From: a virus
Taxonomy: Duplodnaviria > Caudoviricetes
Strand: one strand, 5' to 3'
IMG/VR virus record: IMGVR_UViG_3300034357_000647
Location: 1 to 54,524 of that record
Length of the DNA stretch: 54,524 nt
Position 1 is the stretch's first letter. The number at the start of each line of letters is the position of its first letter. Below are positions 8,590 to 16,317 of this stretch, in pieces. A program made the translations under genes and the position numbers. The notes beneath the pieces were generated by a model, which did not search any database, was not told the origin of the DNA, and was given only the letters and a program-made list of their open reading frames with translations.

Positions 8590-9093
8590 ATGGGATCAAT
8601 ACCTTATTTATACGTAGTAGATGAAGCAAAAACGCTTCAAGCGAAAAACGATGAAATCATAAAAGAAGTTTGTTTTACTGAAGATTACGCGAACTTCGAT
8701 TCTAGTGATATAAGTAAAATTTGTGATGGTTTAGGTACTAAATCTGGAGATTGTACAGACCAATTAGATGGAACTGAATCTACTGGTTATGATTTAGACT
8801 TCAATATTAAATATTGGAAAGCAGTAAAAAAAGGGTATAAAGGTACAATTAAAGAATTTGATGATCGTCAACAAAAAGTTGGTAAAGCATTCGGTTACGC
8901 AACAACAGCTGGTACTTTTTTAGCTGGTTTGTTATCAAAAAAATCTAATCAAGGTGAATCAGTAAGTTATGACAAAACAACGGAAGAAGATATTAAACCA
9001 AAAATGAGTATTGGTTCAATATTAGGTTTAAGTGTTGGTGTAATAGCTTTAATAGGTGTAGGTTTATATTTTGCTTTAAGAGATAAAAAATAA
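8590..9093 (+). CDS. Membrane protein, C-terminal anchor
   Basis: Ends ILGLSVGVIALIGVGLYFALRDKK; carries YANFDS. Confidence 0.75.
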   Translation: MGSIPYLYVVDEAKTLQAKNDEIIKEVCFTEDYANFDSSDISKICDGLGTKSGDCTDQLDGTESTGYDLDFNIKYWKAVKKGYKGTIKEFDDRQQKVGKAFGYATTAGTFLAGLLSKKSNQGESVSYDKTTEEDIKPKMSIGSILGLSVGVIALIGVGLYFALRDKK

Positions 9094-9099
9094 TAATTA

Positions 9100-9861
9100 A
9101 TGAACGAATTTAAAATACCTTGTAACGGAGAGCCAAGCAAAATACTTTTAAAAGTGAGTGTAAATTCACCAATAAAAGTACGTGTAATGGCTTTTAATCC
9201 AAATGTGCCAAATACGTACTATACTAATAGAGTAAAAACAGTTAATGGTCAAGGTGAGTTTGAAGTTCGTATGCCACAAAATTGCGAAAATGTAATTGTA
9301 AGAGTTATACCTTTAAATGGAGCAAGTAATCAATTAAAAATTGTTTCAGTTGAAAAACAAAAACTAAATCAATTTTCAAATTGTTTTTCAGATAAAAACA
9401 TAATGAGCTTTGTTAAGTTCGCACAAGAATTTAGTGAAAAAGCTTCAATTTTATCAAAAGGAACTTATTATAGTGATGATCGTAAATATAGAATTGATTA
9501 TTTTGATGTAATTACACAAGAGGGAAGAACAATACCAACTCCAGCACGTATAAGTAACATAAATGGTAGAATGGAAGTTGCAAAAAGAAGTTTTGTAAAC
9601 TATACAGTACCAATGAGAATGGCAATTTTGTTGCATGAATATTCACACTTTAACTTGAATAAAATTCAGCACGATGAAATTGAAGCAGACTTAAACGCGT
9701 TAAGAATCTATTTGGGGTTAGGCTATCCAGTAATTGAAGCACATAACTCATTTTTAAATGTATTTAAAAATACACCAACACAACAAAATAAAGAACGCTA
9801 TCAATATATAAAAACGTTCATTGATAATTTTGAAACGTTAAAATATAAAATTTGTTTATAA
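9100..9861 (+). CDS. Zincin metallopeptidase with N-terminal beta domain
   Basis: AILLHEYSH (HExxH) followed by EIEAD...GY, an M48-like ligand pattern. Confidence 0.75.
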   Translation: MNEFKIPCNGEPSKILLKVSVNSPIKVRVMAFNPNVPNTYYTNRVKTVNGQGEFEVRMPQNCENVIVRVIPLNGASNQLKIVSVEKQKLNQFSNCFSDKNIMSFVKFAQEFSEKASILSKGTYYSDDRKYRIDYFDVITQEGRTIPTPARISNINGRMEVAKRSFVNYTVPMRMAILLHEYSHFNLNKIQHDEIEADLNALRIYLGLGYPVIEAHNSFLNVFKNTPTQQNKERYQYIKTFIDNFETLKYKICL

Positions 9862-9874
9862 TAAATCCAGTAAA

Positions 9875-10036
9875 ATGAAAATCTACGTAAGAAAACACAC
9901 AAACAAAACAGCTTTTGAAAAACATAAAGCTGGACTAAAAAAAAGAGGTGCAAAAATTGATAAAATTGAAGGAATGACAATTACTTATCGTTTCCCAGTT
10001 TCTCCATCAAAAAACACTTCAAGATACGAAAATTAA
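9875..10036 (+). CDS. Small basic protein (53 aa), not in ORF track
   Basis: MKIYVRKHTNKTAFEKHKAGLKKRGAKI...YEN*; possible DNA-binding core protein. Confidence 0.6.
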   Translation: MKIYVRKHTNKTAFEKHKAGLKKRGAKIDKIEGMTITYRFPVSPSKNTSRYEN

Positions 10037-10061
10037 TAAATAACAAATAAACCCAAAAACG

Positions 10062-10199
10062 ATGAACAAAAAAGTATTAATCGGAATCGGAGTTGTAGCA
10101 ATCCTAGGATATTTATGGTACACAAACGATAAAAAAACAAAAACCACAAAAGTAACTACTCCACCAGCTGTATTAGCAGAAGAAGTAAAAGTAGCTTAA
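10062..10199 (+). CDS. Small membrane protein (45 aa), not in ORF track
   Basis: MNKKVLIGIGVVAILGYLWYTNDKK...*, followed by terminator. Confidence 0.7.
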   Translation: MNKKVLIGIGVVAILGYLWYTNDKKTKTTKVTTPPAVLAEEVKVA

Positions 10200-10207
10200 T
10201 TTATTTT

Positions 10208-10235
10208 AAGGCAAGTTTTCGGATTTGCCTTTTTT
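10208..10235 (+). terminator. Intrinsic terminator
   Basis: aaggcaagt-tttcgg-atttgcctt plus T run. Confidence 0.75.
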
Positions 10236-10255
10236 ACATTTTAAATATAAAGAAA

Positions 10256-10375
10256 ATGGAATTAAAAGAAGAAGAAAAAAAGAAAAAAAGAATGTATCAA
10301 ACATTTTTAATCGGTGGAAGTTTTATAATTCTTTCAACGTTAGTTATATTTGCAATTAAAACACGTAAAAAATAA
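10256..10375 (+). CDS. Small membrane protein (39 aa), not in ORF track
   Basis: MELKEEEKKKKRMYQTFLIGGSFIILSTLVIFAIKTRKK*. Confidence 0.65.
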   Translation: MELKEEEKKKKRMYQTFLIGGSFIILSTLVIFAIKTRKK

Positions 10376-10381
10376 TAAAAA

Positions 10382-10888
10382 ATGGCAGTATTACAAAATT
10401 TACCCCCAAGAGCAAGAGGAATAATCGCAGTTGTCGTTACGGTTAGTGTCGTTACTGGTGCTGTTTTTGGAATTATAGCTATTAGAAATGCAGTTAAAAA
10501 AAAACAAGCTGGAACTAGCACTGGGCAAAAAGAAGAACAAAAGCAAGTAGAAAAAGAACTTGATGTTTTAAATAAAGATGCAAAAACAAAACAAAAATTA
10601 ACAAAATCACAAGCTGAAGCTATTGCAAATATATTTGATGCCTCAATGCAAGGTTTAGGAACAGACGAGCAATCTATTAAAGATCAATTTTACAAAATGC
10701 AAAATGATGCAGACTTTGCAGCTGTTGATAAAGCGTTTGGTAAAAGATTAATTTATTCTGGTTCATGGCTTTTTGTTTCTGATGTAGAGTTAACAATGAT
10801 ACCAGCTTTACACAATGAATTAAGTGATTGGTGGATTAACGAAATAAATGGAATTTTAAAAGCAAGAAATATTACATATAGAATCTAA
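10382..10888 (+). CDS. N-anchored membrane protein with annexin-like motif
   Basis: TM IIAVVVTVSVVTGAVFGIIAI; SMQGLGTDEQSI resembles annexin GxGTDE. Confidence 0.65.
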   Translation: MAVLQNLPPRARGIIAVVVTVSVVTGAVFGIIAIRNAVKKKQAGTSTGQKEEQKQVEKELDVLNKDAKTKQKLTKSQAEAIANIFDASMQGLGTDEQSIKDQFYKMQNDADFAAVDKAFGKRLIYSGSWLFVSDVELTMIPALHNELSDWWINEINGILKARNITYRI

Positions 10889-11562
10889 TGAAAACAATAG
10901 AAAAACAATTAGGAGGTTTAGTTACTAGACATTTAGGTTCTGGAAACGCATTTGGAGAATTTGATAATTTTTCTGGAAATGATTGGAACAACGCTATAGG
11001 TGATGGCTTTACTTTAGATGGTTTAAACAATGAAATAGCACGTTTAGAAGCTGATCATCGTTTAGAAATGACAAAAAGAGCTGAATTAATTGCGAAACGT
11101 GATAGTGTACAATCAAAATATAACGCTTGTCAAAACATTAAAAAAAATAAAGACAAAGAAAGTTGTAAATCGCAATATTATCAATCATATTTAAGTTTAG
11201 AAAACCAAGTAGCAACAGCTTATACAGATACACAAAATGCTGGTGATTATATCACTAAAATGAAGGAAGCTTATAACGTAAAACTTCAACAAGCAAAAGA
11301 AGCTGAAGATAAGCGTATTGCTGATGAAAAAGCAAAAGGTAATATTGTAGCTAGAGATCCTAAATTAGAAGGTGCAACTCCAAAAGATTTAGATAAATTA
11401 AATAATCCTCCAGTTCCACCAATTAATGCTTCATCAAGTGAAGTTGAAAAAGCAACAAAAATCCCAGAGAAAAAAAATACTGGTAGAAATATTGCTTTAA
11501 TAGGAGGTGGTTTACTTTTGGTAGTAGGTGTGTTTTTGTTTATTAGATCAAGAAGAAAATAA
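10888..11562 (+). CDS. Coiled-coil membrane protein, C-terminal anchor
   Basis: FDNFSGNDWNNAIG at N-terminus, long helix, ends IALIGGGLLLVVGVFLFIRSRRK. Confidence 0.75.
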   Translation: MKTIEKQLGGLVTRHLGSGNAFGEFDNFSGNDWNNAIGDGFTLDGLNNEIARLEADHRLEMTKRAELIAKRDSVQSKYNACQNIKKNKDKESCKSQYYQSYLSLENQVATAYTDTQNAGDYITKMKEAYNVKLQQAKEAEDKRIADEKAKGNIVARDPKLEGATPKDLDKLNNPPVPPINASSSEVEKATKIPEKKNTGRNIALIGGGLLLVVGVFLFIRSRRK

Positions 11563-11565
11563 TTT

Positions 11566-11766
11566 ATGAGTTTACTTATAGATTTAACAAAAAGTGTACG
11601 TGGCAAGTCTATTGAAAAAGTATCAATAGACTTGCACAAAAAGAGAGTTGAAATTTGCAACTCATGTGAAAATAAAATGATAACTGGTAATTGTTCATTG
11701 TGTGGCTGTTTTACAAACGACAAAGCAAAATATGTAAATGAAGAGTGTCCTATTAATAAGTGGTAA
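11566..11766 (+). CDS. Small Cys-rich protein (DUF6171-like)
   Basis: RVEICNSC...CSLCGCF...CPINKW. Confidence 0.65.
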   Translation: MSLLIDLTKSVRGKSIEKVSIDLHKKRVEICNSCENKMITGNCSLCGCFTNDKAKYVNEECPINKW

Positions 11767-12080
11767 TGGTTAATTGGAAAAAAGCAAGTGCAATATTAGT
11801 AACAATTGGAGTAACAGCAACAGTCTTGTATGTTTCTTACTCGGTTGTTTTTTTAGCTAATAAAAAAGATTTAGCAATTATAAAAACAGCAGAACCTAAT
11901 AATCGTTTGTTTCAAAAACTAATGACTGGCGAAGCTGAAAAAATGGAAAAAAAGATTTCAAACATTACCAAAAAACAATTAAAACGACTTCATGAATTGA
12001 GTTTAAAAGAAGAGTTTACAGATGAAGAGCTTAAAGAATACGATTCAATTATAAAGAAGTGGGATTATAAAAATAAATAA
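11760..12080 (+). CDS. N-anchored membrane protein (likely start 11766)
   Basis: TM ASAILVTIGVTATVLYVSYSVVFL then charged helix. Confidence 0.7.
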   Translation: MVMVNWKKASAILVTIGVTATVLYVSYSVVFLANKKDLAIIKTAEPNNRLFQKLMTGEAEKMEKKISNITKKQLKRLHELSLKEEFTDEELKEYDSIIKKWDYKNK

Positions 12081-12081
12081 T

Positions 12082-12681
12082 ATGAAAGTAAATTACGTTA
12101 AAGTAGGAATTTTTTCAGTTTTAGGTGTGGCTACCATTTATGGAGGTTATAAACTGCATAAATATTTTAAAGAAAAAGCTGAAAAAGCTCGTTTAGAAAA
12201 ATTATTAAAAGAAAGCACCTCACAAATAGCTGTTACTGAAGTTCTTTCTTCTAACAACGCTGAAAAAGAAATAGTTGTAACCCCAGCATTTGATGGGAAT
12301 AAAGTTGTTTCAAAAGGTTCAAAAGGTGTTGAAGCAAAAACAATTCAATTAGCATTTAATAATATTATTGAAGATGCTAAAAAAGTTAATTTATTAGCAA
12401 TACCAAGTAATTATAAACCTTCTGAAGAAAAATCAGCTTCATCATGGCTTTTAGAGCCTTTTAAGGCATCAATTGCAGTAGGTAATCTTGTAAAAGTTAG
12501 TGAAAGAGTTAAACAAATTGCTTCTTTACAAAAATTAGCAACAGATGGTAATTTTGGTGCAAAATCAGAAAGTGTTTGTCAAGTAATTATGGGTAAAAAA
12601 TCAACTACTTATAATGAAGTAATGCAAAAAAGAGTTAACTTTTCTAAAGCATACGGTTTGCCAAATCCATATAACAAATAA
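12082..12681 (+). CDS. N-anchored protein with split peptidoglycan-binding-like motif
   Basis: VSKGSKGVEAKTIQLAFN ... LATDGNFGAKSE matches both halves of PG_binding_1 pattern. Confidence 0.6.
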   Translation: MKVNYVKVGIFSVLGVATIYGGYKLHKYFKEKAEKARLEKLLKESTSQIAVTEVLSSNNAEKEIVVTPAFDGNKVVSKGSKGVEAKTIQLAFNNIIEDAKKVNLLAIPSNYKPSEEKSASSWLLEPFKASIAVGNLVKVSERVKQIASLQKLATDGNFGAKSESVCQVIMGKKSTTYNEVMQKRVNFSKAYGLPNPYNK

Positions 12682-12696
12682 AATAAAAACTAAATT

Positions 12697-13002
12697 ATGA
12701 ATCAAGAAATATTACACGATAGTTACGATTACGCTGGAGGAGTTCAATTAGATGGATGTTGGTTAAAATATCCGGGCAAAAAAAACAAAACAAAGCGTGA
12801 AGAGTGCCATGCCTTATCAACAAAACAAAAAGAATCGAGTTTAGAAACTGATAAAATGTTAGCACAAGCTGTTTTAGCTAAAAGCACAAAAACAACAAAA
12901 GAAGAGGGTTTGTCAGCAATGGCTATAACTGGTATTATTGTAGGTTCATTACTTGCAATAACGTTAATGGTTGTTGTAATTAAAAAAGTAAAATCAAAAT
13001 AA
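12697..13002 (+). CDS. Membrane protein, C-terminal anchor
   Basis: YDYAGG near N-terminus; ends AITGIIVGSLLAITLMVVVIKKVKSK. Confidence 0.75.
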   Translation: MNQEILHDSYDYAGGVQLDGCWLKYPGKKNKTKREECHALSTKQKESSLETDKMLAQAVLAKSTKTTKEEGLSAMAITGIIVGSLLAITLMVVVIKKVKSK

Positions 13003-13009
13003 TTAGATC

Positions 13010-13495
13010 ATGACTTTAAAAAAAGGATTAATATTAGCTGGTATTGGAAGTTTAGTAGTTGGAATAGCTTTATGGGTAAAATACCAAATGGAATTGAGTT
13101 ATAAGTTAATTTATAACACAAAAAATGCTCGTTTAAAAAAGTTTACAGCAAATGAACTTGTTGTAGAATTTGATATGACTATTGATAATCCAACAGAATT
13201 AAAAGTAGGCATCAATGGAATGGACATAGATGTATATGCAAATGGCGTTAAAGTTACAAATATATATAGTCAAGTTCCAATTACACTTTCACCGAATACA
13301 ATGGTTGCTCTACCTTTAAAATTATCTTTAAATCCACAATCATTAATCCAAAATACTGGAGTTTTATTAAGTACTGGAACGGATATTAAGAAAGTGCTTT
13401 TAACATTAAAAGGTACACTTAAAATTAAGAAATTTGGTATTTCGTTCCCAGTACCATTTGTGTACACAGCAACTTATGGAGAATTAATGGGATAA
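13010..13495 (+). CDS. LEA_2/WHy-like beta-sandwich membrane protein
   Basis: N-terminal TM then FDMTIDNPT...MDIDVYANG...LTLKGTLKI pattern. Confidence 0.7.
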   Translation: MTLKKGLILAGIGSLVVGIALWVKYQMELSYKLIYNTKNARLKKFTANELVVEFDMTIDNPTELKVGINGMDIDVYANGVKVTNIYSQVPITLSPNTMVALPLKLSLNPQSLIQNTGVLLSTGTDIKKVLLTLKGTLKIKKFGISFPVPFVYTATYGELMG

Positions 13496-13555
13496 TGCCT
13501 TGAATCTTTTACTTTTTTTACTATATTTATGCCTTGAAATTAAAAACACAAGAAA

Positions 13556-13984
13556 ATGATAGTAGGAAAAGTAAAAGGAATCATGACAAATTGTTTAATA
13601 AGATTAGCAAGCAATGAACAAAAGCACGAAACGAGCGTTTCAATTGGCATAAGAACAACAGAAGAGGATTTTACACCTTCATATTTTTACACAGTCAACG
13701 GACAACCAGTAATGAATGAAGAGAAAACAGAATTTAAAGAATTAGATTTTAACAGAGATATATTAGGCGTTAAATTTGATTTATTAGGTCAAAAATATTT
13801 AACTGCAAATTATATTAAAAATCTAATTAAATCAGTTGTTGAGGTAGAAAAAATACCTTCAAAAGAACTGTTTTATTTAATTAGATTTATAGATTCTGAT
13901 TCAAAAGTTTTAACAGTTGGAATGTATCAAAAAGGTAAATTTTTAAGATCAATGTCAATAAATGACTTTTTAGGAGATAATTAA
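13556..13984 (+). CDS. Hypothetical protein
   Basis: 142-aa ORF with A-rich start context. Confidence 0.7.
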   Translation: MIVGKVKGIMTNCLIRLASNEQKHETSVSIGIRTTEEDFTPSYFYTVNGQPVMNEEKTEFKELDFNRDILGVKFDLLGQKYLTANYIKNLIKSVVEVEKIPSKELFYLIRFIDSDSKVLTVGMYQKGKFLRSMSINDFLGDN

Positions 13985-14004
13985 ATAAAAAAAAAATACA
14001 AGAA

Positions 14005-14283
14005 ATGAGTACAATTTTAACGGAAACTTTCACTACAGAATTAACAAACAATTCTATAACATTAACAGAAGGCATGGGGGTTAGGGCAATTACAGTTTAT
14101 TGTACCACAACTACAAGTGGAACAGTAACTGGTTCTCAACCATTAGGTTCAATATCTTCATCAGCAATTACAATTACGCAAAATACTTCATTTAATCAAT
14201 CTGCAATTGGAACTGGAGTTTTAACTGGTTTAACAATTACAGCACCAGCAAGTTGTACATTAATAGTTGTAGCACAAATTTAA
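14005..14283 (+). CDS. Small all-beta structural protein (vertex or spike base candidate)
   Basis: 92 aa, Thr/Ser/Gly-rich alternating strands, directly before spike genes. Confidence 0.55.
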   Translation: MSTILTETFTTELTNNSITLTEGMGVRAITVYCTTTTSGTVTGSQPLGSISSSAITITQNTSFNQSAIGTGVLTGLTITAPASCTLIVVAQI

Positions 14284-14292
14284 TTTTAAGAA

Positions 14293-16026
14293 ATGGGAAT
14301 TATAGGAAATGGTGGTTTAACAATTTTTAATAGTGGTTCGTCTGGTACTATTACAGCACAAAATTTACCAGTTAAATTTGTAGATACTGTTACGGGAATG
14401 GCAACACCATCAAGTGTTTACGTAAGTGGTTCAGATCCAACACAACCAGCACTGGGTGCAACATTAACAGCCTCAATTAATAGTACATTACCAAACTACA
14501 ATGGAGTAACTTCATTTGTAGGTATGAAAATTTTATTAACTAATCAATTTACACCAGCACAAAATGGTGATTATGTAGTTACTTCAATTGGTAGTGCTTC
14601 TTCTAAATGGTCAATGACTAGAATTACATATAGTTCTGAAGGTTTTTATCCTTCTTTATGGGAAGTCTATCAAGGCACATTAATAGGTAATTTTTATGAA
14701 CAAACAACTTCTACTTTAAACACTTCAACTATAGGTACTGTAGGAAGTATAGTTTTTCTTAACGTAACGCCAACTTCAGCAAGTGGAATTTGGGGTATAT
14801 CAAATTCAAGTGGAGTTTATACTTATTATACAACTTATGCATTAGCAAGAGCAGCAGCTACATCTGGACAAACAATTGAATTATTTGCAGATGTTACTGA
14901 AACAACTGATGTATCAATTATATTAAAAGATGGTGTAAATATTAATGGTAATGGTCATACTTACATCTTATCTCAAGCTAGTACATCATCAACAATAACT
15001 GATAATGCAGTAGCTGTTACTTGTGATGTTTCAGATATAATTTTAAAACGTAGTGGGGGAACTGCATCATTATCAAATACTGCTACTATATTATTAAGTG
15101 GTGCATCTAAAGTTACTGGTACAGCAATTTGCTATAGTTCTTGTGGAGTAAGTATTTTAATTACAAATGCTTCTGCTGAATTAAATGGTTTTAAAGGTAT
15201 AACAACAACAAATTATCTTGGTGTTTATTCTAATGGAATATTAAAAAATATACATGGAGAATCATATTCAAATGATTACCATTATTCAATCTTTTCAACT
15301 GGAACCTCTATAAATTGTCATGCTTTAGGTTTTGGATTATATAATTACGCATTTTATAACGGTGGGATATCAACTAATTGTACTGGAACAGTAACTGGAA
15401 GTTTCGGGGGTGGTTTTTTTAATGATGGTGGTACTGCAATTGCAACTAATTGTAGTGGAAAATCAGTTGGTAATATTGGTTTTAGATCAGGTGGAGCTGC
15501 TATTAACTGTGTAGGTGTTTCAACGTCAGGTAGAGGTTTTTCTGGTCAAGGTTCAGGAAATATTTTAGAAAAATGTTCTGGTTATAGTTCTTCAAATGTT
15601 GGGTTTTATTCTTATGGTTCTAGGGCTATTGATTGCACTGGTGTATCGATGTCAAACATAGGGGTAACAATTGAAAATGGTAATGATAGTCAAGCTGGAT
15701 GTATTAATTGCACTGGTGTATCTTATGCAAATGTAGGAATGTTTTGTAATTTCGCACCAAATAACCTTGGTGTTGTAACTCCTAAAGCGATTTCATATTA
15801 TAATAACGCAGCTGGTCATGCTTTACAGATTGGTTCATTTGGAAATACAGTTATTAATGGTTATTTAGCAGCTGGAGCTACTACTGCTAATTGTATATAT
15901 AGTGCATCAGTAATTTCAACTAAATACGCTCAAAATACTTATGTAATAGCAACCACCCCAGTAAATGCAAACATAACCCAATCAATGGTTAATACACAGG
16001 ATAATTACGGTAATATTTTATTATAA
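14293..16026 (+). CDS. Spike/receptor-binding protein with beta-helix repeats
   Basis: 577 aa; ILLTNQFTPAQNGDYVVT fibre-type motif; recurring NCxG repeats (TNCTG, TNCSG, INCVG, IDCTG, INCTG). Confidence 0.75.
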   Translation: MGIIGNGGLTIFNSGSSGTITAQNLPVKFVDTVTGMATPSSVYVSGSDPTQPALGATLTASINSTLPNYNGVTSFVGMKILLTNQFTPAQNGDYVVTSIGSASSKWSMTRITYSSEGFYPSLWEVYQGTLIGNFYEQTTSTLNTSTIGTVGSIVFLNVTPTSASGIWGISNSSGVYTYYTTYALARAAATSGQTIELFADVTETTDVSIILKDGVNINGNGHTYILSQASTSSTITDNAVAVTCDVSDIILKRSGGTASLSNTATILLSGASKVTGTAICYSSCGVSILITNASAELNGFKGITTTNYLGVYSNGILKNIHGESYSNDYHYSIFSTGTSINCHALGFGLYNYAFYNGGISTNCTGTVTGSFGGGFFNDGGTAIATNCSGKSVGNIGFRSGGAAINCVGVSTSGRGFSGQGSGNILEKCSGYSSSNVGFYSYGSRAIDCTGVSMSNIGVTIENGNDSQAGCINCTGVSYANVGMFCNFAPNNLGVVTPKAISYYNNAAGHALQIGSFGNTVINGYLAAGATTANCIYSASVISTKYAQNTYVIATTPVNANITQSMVNTQDNYGNILL

Positions 16027-16316
16027 TGTTAGAAAAATTAGATATAATAGATCAGGATGTATGTTGCTATAATGAACAATACAATCTTGAAAAAGTTTTA
16101 AAATTATCTCAATTTGTGGGAATTGATTTTAGTTATTTAGAAGGTGCAAAATTATTTACATTAAATATTACTCAACCAATAAAAAGAGTAGTTAAATTTA
16201 CTGATTTAAATGGTGCAACTCTTAATGATGAATTTGTTATATTCCCATATGATGATATGACACCTGAACAAAAAGCAGATTTTGATTCATTTGTAGAACA
16301 AGCAAATACTTTATAA
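16026..16316 (+). CDS. Small acidic protein, probable spike chaperone
   Basis: Coupled directly to preceding spike gene. Confidence 0.55.
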   Translation: MLEKLDIIDQDVCCYNEQYNLEKVLKLSQFVGIDFSYLEGAKLFTLNITQPIKRVVKFTDLNGATLNDEFVIFPYDDMTPEQKADFDSFVEQANTL

Positions 16317-16317
16317 A

